This document shows, one piece after another, positions 7,478 through 15,494 of a stretch of DNA of 43,823 bases. Made by a program: the position numbers and the translations under genes. Each line of letters starts with the position of its first letter. Within the stretch, counting starts at the first letter, position 1. The stretch is from Acidimicrobiia bacterium (lineage in GTDB: Bacteria; Actinomycetota; Acidimicrobiia; IMCC26256; JACDBD01). The DNA is taken from the NCBI GenBank assembly GCA_050743385.1, contig JBOGFJ010000089.1, positions 1 to 43,823 of the forward strand, in the 5' to 3' direction. The notes beneath the pieces are model-generated. The model was not told where the DNA came from and made no database searches. It worked only from the letters and a program-made list of their open reading frames with translations.

Positions 7478-8319
7478 GCGCCCCTCCCGTCCGGCGCCGG
7501 CAATTGTGCACCCGACACCACCGCGCGCGCCCAGGGGGCGAGCAGGTCGAAGAGCTCGTCGACGTCGTCGCCGAGTGCCTCGACCAACGGTCGTTCCTGA
7601 CGGTCGGTCGCCAGCTCGATCTCGTCACGGAAGGCGCGGCCGGCGGCCGTCAGCGCGCCGGCCGCGTCGATCCAACCCTGGCCGCGCAGGTCGTCGAGCG
7701 CGCTCGCGATGTCGTCACCGGTCCAGCCCATGCGCTCGGCCGTGGTCGAACCGGGGTTGGTCCGGGTGCGCCATCGCTCGGTCAGCACCTGGATCTCGAG
7801 CGCGGACAGCCCGGCAGCTACCCAGGCGTTGCGGTGCGAATCCCCGCGTCGCTCGCGGACCATGTCGGCGGCGCGCCACAGGTCACCGAGCGGCGTGCAC
7901 GGCCAGGCAAGCGTCCGCAGACCGGCAAAGAGCGGGTGCCCCTCGACCGGTCCGGCCTCCACGGCGGGCTTCAGGACCGAGACCGCGCGCTCGATGCCGT
8001 CTGGGTGCTCACCGATCACGGCGGCGAGGTATCGAGTCGCCGCACCGAGGCGTTCCGCGAGCAGTGCTTCGGGATCGTGGACTCGCCACGCTTCGTCGAT
8101 GGCGCGGATGGTCGACGACGGATGGAGCGGGGCCAGAAGGGCGGCGGCCACCTCGCCCCGCACGCGCCCGAGACACGCCACCCGGCCCGCCAGGCTGGGG
8201 AACCCCCGTGCCGCTTCCGGCATGAACCAGACGGCGCCGAGGATGGCATCGCAGCGTGATCGCAGCCGCCGGCTCACCTCGCTCACCCGGGCATCGGAGA
8301 GCGTTCCGCTGAACGCCAT
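7474..8319 (-). CDS. SCO6745-like conserved actinobacterial protein
   Basis: Internal ATG confirmed at 8319-8317 (MAFSGTLSDARVSE...). Contains VRERRGDSHRNAWVAAGLSALEIQVLTE, which resembles the RE(H/R)RGDxH motif of that family (recalled from memory). Translationally coupled to the downstream isomerase-like gene. Confidence 0.65.
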   Translation of the reverse strand: MAFSGTLSDARVSEVSRRLRSRCDAILGAVWFMPEAARGFPSLAGRVACLGRVRGEVAAALLAPLHPSSTIRAIDEAWRVHDPEALLAERLGAATRYLAAVIGEHPDGIERAVSVLKPAVEAGPVEGHPLFAGLRTLAWPCTPLGDLWRAADMVRERRGDSHRNAWVAAGLSALEIQVLTERWRTRTNPGSTTAERMGWTGDDIASALDDLRGQGWIDAAGALTAAGRAFRDEIELATDRQERPLVEALGDDVDELFDLLAPWARAVVSGAQLPAPDGRGA

Positions 8320-8321
8320 TG

Positions 8322-8354
8322 TTGCACGATATGATGTAACTGTGAATCGTGCAA
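8322..8354. promoter_or_regulatory. perfect 9-bp inverted repeat TTGCACGAT-N15-ATCGTGCAA spanning the divergent start codons (candidate MerR operator and leaderless promoters)
   Basis: Read directly: ttgcacgat at 8322-8330 and atcgtgcaa at 8346-8354. On the minus strand, TTGCAC (8354-8349), a 17-nt spacer, TATCGT (8331-8326) and 6 nt lead to ATG 8319. On the plus strand, TATGAT (8330-8335) sits 6 nt before GTG 8342. Confidence 0.5.
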
Positions 8355-8722
8355 ACGTCGGCATCACGATCGACGAGCTCGCCCGCCGGACCGGGCTCAC
8401 CACCCGCACCATCCGGGCCCACCAGACCGCGGGCCTGCTGCCGCCGCCGCACCGCCGGGGACGCACTGCGTACTACCGCGCCGAGCACACGGAACGGCTT
8501 GGCGCCATCTCCCGCCTGCAGGCCCGCGGATGGTCGCGGGCGGCGATCCGCGATGCCCTCGACGCATGGGAGGCGGGTCGCCCGCTCGCCGAGCTGCTCG
8601 GGGTTCGATCGGTGGGCTCACCTCCCGCGGCGCAGTCGAGCGATTGGGCCGACGAGCTCTTCGCCACCTACGTCGTGCCGGTCGATGCCGGCGCACTCCT
8701 CCCGGCGGCGCTCGCGAACTAG
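8342..8722 (+). CDS. MerR family transcriptional regulator
   Basis: VNRANVGITIDELARRTGLTTRTIRAHQTAGLLPPPHRRGRTAYYRAEHTERLGAISRLQARGWSRAAIRDAL is a MerR-type HTH. GTG 8342 is the only start in frame before the HTH. Its TAG stop shares the palindrome CTAG with the stop of the convergent gene. Confidence 0.85.
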   Translation: MNRANVGITIDELARRTGLTTRTIRAHQTAGLLPPPHRRGRTAYYRAEHTERLGAISRLQARGWSRAAIRDALDAWEAGRPLAELLGVRSVGSPPAAQSSDWADELFATYVVPVDAGALLPAALAN

Positions 8723-9351
8723 GGCGTCCACGAAGGAGGCCGGGTGCGGCGCGTGATCGTGCCGTCCCACTCCGACAGGGGCGCGCAGTGCCAGTACCAG
8801 TCGGCGTCGAGCCGCTCGCGGTCACCGAGGGCCGCCCGGCCGTTGGCCCACAGCAGCGTCGCCCAGGGGTCGGTGTCGGTCGGCGCCCACGGGAACAGCC
8901 TCGCCCCGACTCGTGCGCACAGGTCGACGGGAGGCGCGACCGCGATCCCGAGGCCGTCGGCGATGTCGCCCATGTGGACGAGGATCTCGTCGCAGCCCAT
9001 CGCTACGAAGCCCTCGGCGTCGGCCATGCCCGCGGGATGAAAGGCGCGCACGCCGGGCGCGCTCGCCCGTGCGACCGCGGCGAGCACGGCCGCGCCCGAC
9101 ACCACGAGCGTGAGGGTGTCGGCAACCGACGCGGTGAGGTCGTGCTTCCGCAACCTCGGCAAGCCGGTGCGCGCCTCGGTGGCGAGCTGGGTCGCGTAGA
9201 AGGTCTGCGTGCTCACGATGTGGTCGAGCGTCTCGCGGCAACTCCGATCGAGCTCCCCCGCGCGTGCGGTCCACAACTCGTCGGCGACACAGGTGAAGGT
9301 GTCGACGCAGTGGTGTGCGGCCGTGCGCAGGTCGTCGGGCTTCACGTTCAC
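8719..9351 (-). CDS. DinB / maleylpyruvate isomerase N-terminal domain-containing protein
   Basis: MNVKPDDLRTAAHHCVDTFTCVADELWTARAGELDRSCRETLDHIVSTQTFYATQL...CDEILVHMGDIADGLG. This is a DinB-like four-helix pattern with conserved His residues. An ATGA overlap links it to the upstream SnoaL-like gene. Confidence 0.7.
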   Translation of the reverse strand: MNVKPDDLRTAAHHCVDTFTCVADELWTARAGELDRSCRETLDHIVSTQTFYATQLATEARTGLPRLRKHDLTASVADTLTLVVSGAAVLAAVARASAPGVRAFHPAGMADAEGFVAMGCDEILVHMGDIADGLGIAVAPPVDLCARVGARLFPWAPTDTDPWATLLWANGRAALGDRERLDADWYWHCAPLSEWDGTITRRTRPPSWTP

Positions 9352-9800
9352 GCCCGCTGCGCCTCACCCGGGTCGCGTAGGTGCCGGCTGAGGTCGCCGA
9401 CGAGGTCGGGAATGATGACTCGGTCGGCGAAACGCCAGCGACCCCCTTCGTCGCGCTCGAAGCGGTCGTGGTAGCGGCCGGCGATGATCGCCTGGAGCGG
9501 GAGGTCGGGTCGCGCCTGGAGCACGGTGAAGTACGAGCGCGCCGACGCTGTGCCCCCTGCCTCGTCCACGTCGACGGTCACGTTGGAGATCACGTGCTTC
9601 GTCTCAGGCGTGCCGTTCTCGTGGATGATCACGCCGTCGTAGCCGCGTCGCACTGCGGCGGCGCCCCGCACCGGCTCGCCCCGGCCGGGCGACCCCCACG
9701 ACGCGTGCTCGAAGAGGTCGGCGACGCCGTCGAGGTCGCCGGCGTCGAGACGCTCGGCGTACTCGTGGATCAGCGCCGTGATGGCGGCGCGGTCATCCAC
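9348..9800 (-). CDS. nuclear transport factor 2 (SnoaL-like) family protein
   Basis: MDDRAAITALIHEYAERLDAGDLDGVADLFEHASWGSP...SYFTVLQARPDLPLQAIIAGRYHDRFERDEGGRWRFADRVI is a typical SnoaL_4/NTF2 pattern. Confidence 0.75.
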   Translation of the reverse strand: MDDRAAITALIHEYAERLDAGDLDGVADLFEHASWGSPGRGEPVRGAAAVRRGYDGVIIHENGTPETKHVISNVTVDVDEAGGTASARSYFTVLQARPDLPLQAIIAGRYHDRFERDEGGRWRFADRVIIPDLVGDLSRHLRDPGEAQRA

Positions 9801-10128
9801 CGCCGGCGGGCACCCACCGCTCGGCCCAGCCGGCGATGGCGTCGACGACGGCGGCGAGCGCCTCGCCCTTCTCCGTGAGGCGGTAGTCGACCCGCACCGG
9901 CGTGCCGGGCGAGACGCAGCGGGTGACGATGCCCTCGGCCTCGAGCTGCTTCAGGCGCTCCGAGAGGAGCCGGTCGCTGAGCCCGGGGATGGAAGCCGTG
10001 AACTCGCTGAAGCGGGTCCGGCCGCCGAGGAGGGCGCGCACGATCAGCCCCGTCCAGCGGTGCCCGAGGATCTCGGCCGCCCGCTCGTACTGCGGGCAGT
10101 GCTCGGTGAGAACCCTCGTCGACGCCAT
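9793..10128 (-). CDS. HxlR family transcriptional regulator
   Basis: MASTRVLTEHCPQYERAAEILGHRWTGLIVRALLGGRTRFSEFTASIPGLSDRLLSERLKQLEAEGIVTRCV...VDYRLTEKGEAL. ATG 10128 was chosen over the 18-codon upstream extension in the track. Confidence 0.85.
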   Translation of the reverse strand: MASTRVLTEHCPQYERAAEILGHRWTGLIVRALLGGRTRFSEFTASIPGLSDRLLSERLKQLEAEGIVTRCVSPGTPVRVDYRLTEKGEALAAVVDAIAGWAERWVPAGGG

Positions 10129-10198
10129 CACATCACTCCCACCCGACCCTACCGCCGGGGCGTGCCGGCGACCCGGGAACATCGGGCGCCCTCCTCTC

Positions 10199-10243
10199 CT
10201 TATATCGGATTAGTAGCTTACTCTTTATTAGGGAAGGGGACCG
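10199..10243. promoter_or_regulatory. AT-rich divergent control region between the HxlR and yceI-like genes
   Basis: ccttatatcggattagtagcttactctttattagggaaggggaccg stands out as AT-rich in this genome. It contains the short dyad AGTA-GCT-TACT (10212-10222), TATATC (10201-10206) and a GGGAAGGGGA Shine-Dalgarno-like run before ATG 10244. Confidence 0.35.
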
Positions 10244-10816
10244 ATGACGCAGACCCAGCAGACCCCCGAACCCCAGTCCGTGCTCGCCCCGGGCATCTGG
10301 GAGATCGACCCGGTGCACACCAACGTCGAGTTCGTCGCCCGCCACCTCCTCTCGCGGGTGCGCGGGCGCTTCCGCGACTTCAGCGGGCAACTCGTGATCG
10401 CCGAGGACCCCACGCGGTCGAGTGTCGACGTGACGATCGAGGCCGCCAGCGTCGACACCGGGAACGCCGACCGGGATGCGCACCTGCGCAGCCCGGACTT
10501 CCTCCACGTCGAGCGGTTCCCGACCCTCGCGTTCCGCGGCACCGCGACGCGGCCCGGAACCGAGCCCGGTCACTACCTCGTCGACGGCGACCTCACGATC
10601 CGCGACGTCACCCGACCGGTCACGCTCGAGGTCGAGTACCACGGTTGGTCCGACGACCCTTGGGGCGGGCAGCGAGCCGCCTTCTCGGCCATGACCGAGG
10701 TCCAGCGCACCGACTTCGGCGCCGACTGGAACGTCGTCGTCGAGACCGGGGGGCTGCTCGTCGGCAAGACCGTCCGCATCGAGCTCGAGGTCGAGGCCAT
10801 CCGGAAGGGCGGCTGA
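10244..10816 (+). CDS. YceI family protein
   Basis: GIWEIDPVHTNVEFVARHLLSRVRGRFRDFSGQLVI...SVDTGNADRDAHLRSPDFLHVERFPTLAFRG...LTIRDVTRPVTLEVEY...VRIELEVEA shows canonical YceI motifs. Confidence 0.9.
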   Translation: MTQTQQTPEPQSVLAPGIWEIDPVHTNVEFVARHLLSRVRGRFRDFSGQLVIAEDPTRSSVDVTIEAASVDTGNADRDAHLRSPDFLHVERFPTLAFRGTATRPGTEPGHYLVDGDLTIRDVTRPVTLEVEYHGWSDDPWGGQRAAFSAMTEVQRTDFGADWNVVVETGGLLVGKTVRIELEVEAIRKGG

Positions 10817-10917
10817 CCCTCCTTTCTGGTCGCGCTCGCTTCGCTCGCCGCTCCGCACGCAGCTGGCGGTCAGGGGGCCGGCAAAGCCGGCCCCCTGTCG
10901 GTGGATGGCACCTCCTC
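10817..10917 (+). repeat. about 100-nt intergenic element, family B, copy 1 (contains a 10-bp GC hairpin at 10873-10895)
   Basis: Starts immediately after the yceI-like TGA. The 34 nt at 10821-10854 (cctttctggtcgcgctcgcttcgctcgccgctcc) are identical to the reverse complement of 43693-43726. This is followed by the shared blocks tggcggtc, the GGGGGCCGGC-AAA-GCCGGCCCCC hairpin, and ggtggatggca.ctcctc. Confidence 0.8.
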
Positions 10918-10929
10918 TAGCCTCTCGCC

Positions 10930-12546
10930 GTGGCGCAGCGGCGAAAGTTCTGGGGGTGGGGGTACGAGGGCGAGGGCCCCACCCGCGCTCAGCAGGAGTC
11001 GATGGCGGCCACACTCGCGGAGCTGTTCGGGGTCAGCCGACTGGCTGTCGCCGAGCCGCCGACCGTCGACGAGCTCGACCTGCCCGAGCCGCGCGTCGCC
11101 CCGCCGCCCGCGCTGGCGGAGCTGTGCAGCACCGGGCCCTACGAGCGCGCCGGTCACACCTACGGGAAGTCGTTCCGGGACATCGTGCGGGCGTTGCGGC
11201 GCGAGTTCCCGCACCCGCCCGACGTCGTCGCCTTCCCTCGTCACGAGGCCGACGTCGTTGCGCTGCTCGACTGGTGCGCCGACGCCGGCCTCGCCGCCGT
11301 CCCGTACGGCGGCGGGTCGTCGGTCGTCGGCGGGGTCGAATGCGACGTCGGCGATGGGCGCTACCGCGGCGTCGTCACCATCGACCTCCGCCGGCTCGGC
11401 CGCGTCGTCGAGATCGACCGCACGTCACGGGCCGCCCGCATCGAGGCCGGGGCTTACGGGCCCGCGCTCGAGGAGCAGCTGCGGCCCCACGGCTTGACCC
11501 TGCGCCACTTCCCGCAGTCGTTCGAGTGCTCGACGCTCGGCGGGTGGCTCGCTACCCGTTCCGGCGGTCATTACGCCACGCTGTACACACACATCGACGA
11601 GTTCGTGGAGTCGCTGCGGGTCGTCACGCCCCGCGGCACCCTCGAGTCGAGCCGCCTCCCCGGGTCGGGCGCGGGCCCGTCTCCCGACCGGCTGTTCCTC
11701 GGCTCCGAGGGAGCTCTCGGGGTCATCACCGAGGCGTGGATGCGCCTCCAGGACCGGCCGACGTTCCGCGCCTCGGCCACGGCGCGCTTCACCGAGTTCG
11801 GCGCCGGCGTGGGCGCAGCCCGCGCGCTCGCCCAGAGCGGGCTGTACCCCACGAACTGCCGCCTGCTCGACGCCGCCGAGGCCGGCATCACCGGCGCCGA
11901 CGACGGCTCCTCCCACGTGCTCCTGGTGGCCTTCGAGTCGGCCGACCACCCGCTCGACGCCTCGCTGGCGCGTGCGCTGGAGCTCGTGCGCGACCACGGC
12001 GGCACCGTCGCCGACAACAGCGTGCGCGTCACCGACGGCGACGCCGGTAGCGGCGCCCGGGAAGGCACGGCGGGCGCATGGCGCAGCGCGTTCCTCCGCG
12101 CGCCGTACACGCGTGACGCCCTCGTCGCCATGGGCTGCGTCAACGAGACGTTCGAGACCGCGATCACCTGGGACCGCTTCGACGCTCTCTACCAGGACGT
12201 GATGCGCTCCACCCGTGACGCGCTCGTCGCCGTCGACGCCGCCAACGGCGTTGTCACCTGCCGCTTCACGCACGTCTATCCCGACGGTCCCGCGCCCTAC
12301 TTCACCGTGATCGCCCCGGGACGCGACGGCGCGCAGCTGGAGCAGTGGGCGGCGATCAAGTCGGCGGCGGCCGACGCCCTGCTACGCCACGGCGCGACCA
12401 TCACGCATCACCACGCCGTCGGGCGCGACCACCGTCCCTGGTACGACCGCCAGCGACCCGAGCCGTTCGCCGACGCGCTGCGGGCAACGAAGGCGACCCT
12501 CGACCCCGCCGCGGTCCTCAACCCGGGAGTGCTGATCGACCCGTGA
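10930..12546 (+). CDS. FAD-binding oxidoreductase (FAD-linked oxidase, alkyl-DHAP synthase-like)
   Basis: MAQRRKFWGWGYEGEGP...VVAFPRHEADVVALLDWCADAGLAAVPYGGGSSVVGGV...IEAGAYGPALEEQLRPHGLTLRHFPQSFECSTLGGWLATRSGGHY... has a PCMH-type FAD domain plus a C-terminal oxidase domain. GTG start. Confidence 0.85.
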   Translation: MAQRRKFWGWGYEGEGPTRAQQESMAATLAELFGVSRLAVAEPPTVDELDLPEPRVAPPPALAELCSTGPYERAGHTYGKSFRDIVRALRREFPHPPDVVAFPRHEADVVALLDWCADAGLAAVPYGGGSSVVGGVECDVGDGRYRGVVTIDLRRLGRVVEIDRTSRAARIEAGAYGPALEEQLRPHGLTLRHFPQSFECSTLGGWLATRSGGHYATLYTHIDEFVESLRVVTPRGTLESSRLPGSGAGPSPDRLFLGSEGALGVITEAWMRLQDRPTFRASATARFTEFGAGVGAARALAQSGLYPTNCRLLDAAEAGITGADDGSSHVLLVAFESADHPLDASLARALELVRDHGGTVADNSVRVTDGDAGSGAREGTAGAWRSAFLRAPYTRDALVAMGCVNETFETAITWDRFDALYQDVMRSTRDALVAVDAANGVVTCRFTHVYPDGPAPYFTVIAPGRDGAQLEQWAAIKSAAADALLRHGATITHHHAVGRDHRPWYDRQRPEPFADALRATKATLDPAAVLNPGVLIDP

Positions 12547-13181
12547 GTCATCGCGCCGTCATCTTCGACCTCGGTGGGGTGGTGTTCCCGTCGCCCATCG
12601 ACGTGTTCCGCACCTACGAGGAGGAACACGGACTGCCCCACCGCTTCCTCAGCGAGGTGGTGCTCGCCGACGCGGAGGGCGGCGCATGGTCGCGCCTCGA
12701 GCGCGGCGAGCTGACCGTGCGAGAGTTCTGCGCCGAGTTCGAGGCGGAGTGCGCCGCAGCCGGCCAGCGGATCGACGCGACGGCGTTGATGGGCGCGGTG
12801 GCAGGCGGGTTCGACCCTCGCCCCGAGATGGTGCGCGCGCTGCGCTTGCTCCGTGCCCGCGGGCTCCGCACCGGTGCGCTCACGAACAACTGGGCCGCGG
12901 ACACGTCGGGCGACGCGGCCGAGCGCGCCCTCACGACGCTCGCGGACCTGTTCGACACCATCGTCGAGTCGGCGGTCGAAGGCCTGCGCAAGCCCGACCC
13001 GCGCATCTACGAGGTGGTGTGCCTCCGTCTGGAGGTCGCTCCGGAGGAATCCGTCTTCCTCGACGACCTCGGCGTGAATCTCAAGACCGCCCGCGCGCTC
13101 GGCATGACGACGATCAAGGTGGATGATCCGGTCACCGCCCTGGCGGAGCTGTCCACCGTCGTCGGCTTCCCGCTCGACTGA
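12543..13181 (+). CDS. HAD family hydrolase (epoxide-hydrolase N-terminal-domain-like phosphatase)
   Basis: VSHRAVIFDLGGVVF (DxG variant of HAD motif I)...GALTNNW...KPDPRIYEVVCLRLEVAPEESVFLDDLGVNLKTARALGMTTIKV. The GTG overlaps the upstream stop (GTGA). Confidence 0.85.
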   Translation: MSHRAVIFDLGGVVFPSPIDVFRTYEEEHGLPHRFLSEVVLADAEGGAWSRLERGELTVREFCAEFEAECAAAGQRIDATALMGAVAGGFDPRPEMVRALRLLRARGLRTGALTNNWAADTSGDAAERALTTLADLFDTIVESAVEGLRKPDPRIYEVVCLRLEVAPEESVFLDDLGVNLKTARALGMTTIKVDDPVTALAELSTVVGFPLD

Positions 13182-13242
13182 TGCGCGCGGCACGACGGAC
13201 GTGCGCGACGCGAACTCGGCGTCCGAGCGAGCGGCAATAGAC

Positions 13243-13857
13243 ATGGAGCTTCTCCTGATCCGGCATGCCGAGCCGGTGCGCATCGGCCCGGGCGAGAGCG
13301 GCGGCGCCCCCGCCGATCCCGACCTCACGGCGGCGGGCCGGGCTCAGGCCGAGCGGCTCGCGACCTGGCTCGCGTGCGAGCAGCTCGACGCGGTCATCGC
13401 CAGCCCGCTGCGCCGGGCCCGTCAGACGGCGACGCCGATCGCGGTCGGGCAAGGGCTCCAGCTCGAGGTGGGTCACGAGCTCGTCGAATACGACGCCCGC
13501 GCCGACCACTACATCCCCGCCGAGGAGCTCAAGGCGGCGGGCGACGTGCGCTGGCAGGCGATGCTCGCCGGCCGCTGGGAGGAGTTCGGCGGCGAGCCAC
13601 CCGAACGCTTCCGGGCCCGCATCGTCCCCGCGCTCGGGAGCATCGTCGAGCGCTTCCCGGGCGGACGCGTTGCGGTCGTCTGCCACGGCGGCGTGATCAA
13701 CGTGTACCTCGGCGCTCTGCTGGGGCTCGACCGGCACCTGTGGTTCGAGCCCGCCTATACGTCGATCTGCCGGGTAGCGGCAGCGCGCTCGGGGGAACGA
13801 TCTGTCGTGAGCCTGAACGAGACCGCACATCTCGTGGCCGCGCGCGACCCGACATAG
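13243..13857 (+). CDS. histidine phosphatase family protein (phosphoglycerate-mutase-like)
   Basis: MELLLIRHAEP...LTAAGRAQAERLATWLACEQLDAVIASPLRRARQTATPIA...VAVVCHGGVINVYLG has the RHG/RHA catalytic core motifs. Confidence 0.85.
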   Translation: MELLLIRHAEPVRIGPGESGGAPADPDLTAAGRAQAERLATWLACEQLDAVIASPLRRARQTATPIAVGQGLQLEVGHELVEYDARADHYIPAEELKAAGDVRWQAMLAGRWEEFGGEPPERFRARIVPALGSIVERFPGGRVAVVCHGGVINVYLGALLGLDRHLWFEPAYTSICRVAAARSGERSVVSLNETAHLVAARDPT

Positions 13858-13895
13858 ACTCGCCGGCGCGGCCTTCCAGCAACGAAAGGGAGTAC

Positions 13896-15449
13896 ATGCC
13901 GGCAGCTGACGTACCTGGGGCACGCACGGTCGCCGAGATCATGAGCCGCCCGGTGGTCACGGCGACCGCATCGGAGACCATCGCCGAGACCGCCACCCGG
14001 ATGCGTGAGCGCAAGGTCGGCTCCGTCGTCGTCTGCGACGGCGAGAAGCCCATCGGCATCCTCACCGAGCGGGACATGATCCGCATCGCCGCCAGCGGAG
14101 CCGACACCGCCAGCGACACGGTCGCGGAGTGGATGACCGCGAACCCCGACGCAGTGGCATCCGACGAGGAGGTCAACGACGCGTTCGTTGCGCTGGCCGA
14201 GCACGGATACCGCCACATCCCGGTCGTCGACGACGGTGTGCTCGTGGGCCTGGTGTCGATGCGTGACCTGATGCGCATCGCCCAGATCCAGCCGGTCGAG
14301 AAGGCGGCGGGCGAGATCCCCAAGGGCCTCGAGGGCGTCGTCGTGGCCGAGACCGCGATCGGCGACGTACGCGGCCTCGAGGGCTTCTACCACTACCGCC
14401 AGTACAGCGCGGTCGAGCTCGCCGAGAAGCGCACGCTCGAAGACGTCTGGCACCTGCTCTTCGAAGGCTCGCTTCCGTCGGTCGCTCAGCGCGAGGCGTT
14501 CATCGAAGAGGTGACGCCACTGCGGGAGGTCCCCGCCGACGTCAAGGAGCTGCTGCCGCGGGCGGCCGCCCTCGGAGGTCCCGAGGCCCCGCCGCTCGAC
14601 ATGCTTCGCACCACCTATTCCATGCTCGGCGTAGACCTCGACTTTCGGCCATGGCTCGACATCTCCGCCGGTGAGCTGCGCGCCCAGGCACTCCAGACGT
14701 GCGCGGTGGTTCCCACGCTGCTGACCGCGCTGTACCGCCTCAAGCACGGGCTCGAGGTGATCGATCCGCACCCCGACCTTCCCTACGCCGCGAACTACCT
14801 CTACATGATGCAGGGTGAGGTTCCGCAGCCCGAGCACGCCCGCGCGGTCGAGCAGTACCTCATCTCGACCATCGACCACGGTTTCAACGCCTCGACCTTC
14901 ACCGCCCGGGTGATCACCTCGACCGGTGCCGACCTCGCCGCCGCCGTCGTCGGCGCCATCGGGGCGCTGTCGGGACCGCTGCACGGCGGCGCTCCCAGCC
15001 GGGCACTCGACATGCTCGACGCCATCGGCACGGCCGACAAGGCCGAGCCGTGGTTACGCGATGCGGTCGAGCGCGGTGACCGGCTGATGGGCTTCGGACA
15101 CCGTGTCTACAAGACCGACGACCCGCGGTCGGTCATGCTCCGCGGTGTCGCAGAGCGTCTCGGCGGTCCCAACGTCGAGCTGGGCAAGACGATCGAGGCG
15201 AAGGCGATCGAGGTGCTGGCCGAGCTCAAGCCCGGTCGCCAGCTGTACACGAACGTCGAGTTCTACGCCGGCATCGTGATGGAGTCGTGTGGCGTGCCGC
15301 GCGAGATGTTCACGCCGACGTTCGCGTCGAGCCGGGTGATCGGGTGGACGAGCCACATCCTCGAGCAGGCGGCCGACAACCGCCTCATCCGCCCCAGCGC
15401 CCACTACGCGGGCCCACCGCCGCCCCAGCCCATACCCGACCCGGCGTAA
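13896..15449 (+). CDS. CBS-domain pair fused to a citrate synthase family domain
   Basis: AAAGGGAG precedes ATG 13896. The N-terminal ~130 aa form a CBS pair (VAEIMSRPVVTATASETIAETATRMRERKVGSVVVCD...ILTERDMIR...HGYRHIPVVDDGVLVGLVSMRDLMR). The rest is a small-type citrate synthase (IPKGLEGVVVAET...GPLHGGA...GFGHRVYKTDDPR...TNVEFYAGI). Confidence 0.85.
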   Translation: MPAADVPGARTVAEIMSRPVVTATASETIAETATRMRERKVGSVVVCDGEKPIGILTERDMIRIAASGADTASDTVAEWMTANPDAVASDEEVNDAFVALAEHGYRHIPVVDDGVLVGLVSMRDLMRIAQIQPVEKAAGEIPKGLEGVVVAETAIGDVRGLEGFYHYRQYSAVELAEKRTLEDVWHLLFEGSLPSVAQREAFIEEVTPLREVPADVKELLPRAAALGGPEAPPLDMLRTTYSMLGVDLDFRPWLDISAGELRAQALQTCAVVPTLLTALYRLKHGLEVIDPHPDLPYAANYLYMMQGEVPQPEHARAVEQYLISTIDHGFNASTFTARVITSTGADLAAAVVGAIGALSGPLHGGAPSRALDMLDAIGTADKAEPWLRDAVERGDRLMGFGHRVYKTDDPRSVMLRGVAERLGGPNVELGKTIEAKAIEVLAELKPGRQLYTNVEFYAGIVMESCGVPREMFTPTFASSRVIGWTSHILEQAADNRLIRPSAHYAGPPPPQPIPDPA

Positions 15450-15450
15450 C

Positions 15451-15485
15451 CGCGCCCGCACGCCGACACGCCGGCCGCGGGCGCG
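15451..15485. terminator. bidirectional terminator-like hairpin between the convergent citrate-synthase-like and peroxiredoxin genes
   Basis: Perfect 9-bp arms CGCGCCCGC (15451-15459) and GCGGGCGCG (15477-15485) within a 45-bp convergent gap. No U-tract. Confidence 0.45.
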
Positions 15486-15494
15486 ACCAGAGAG

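Noticed and set aside
5663-7600. A 645-aa plus-strand ORF spanning the LLM-oxidoreductase 3' part, repeat A and the antisense of the isomerase-like gene.
   Set aside because: It is out of frame with the LLM gene and antisense to a well-supported CDS. The translation is Arg/Gly/Pro/Asp-rich and runs straight through the palindromic repeat.
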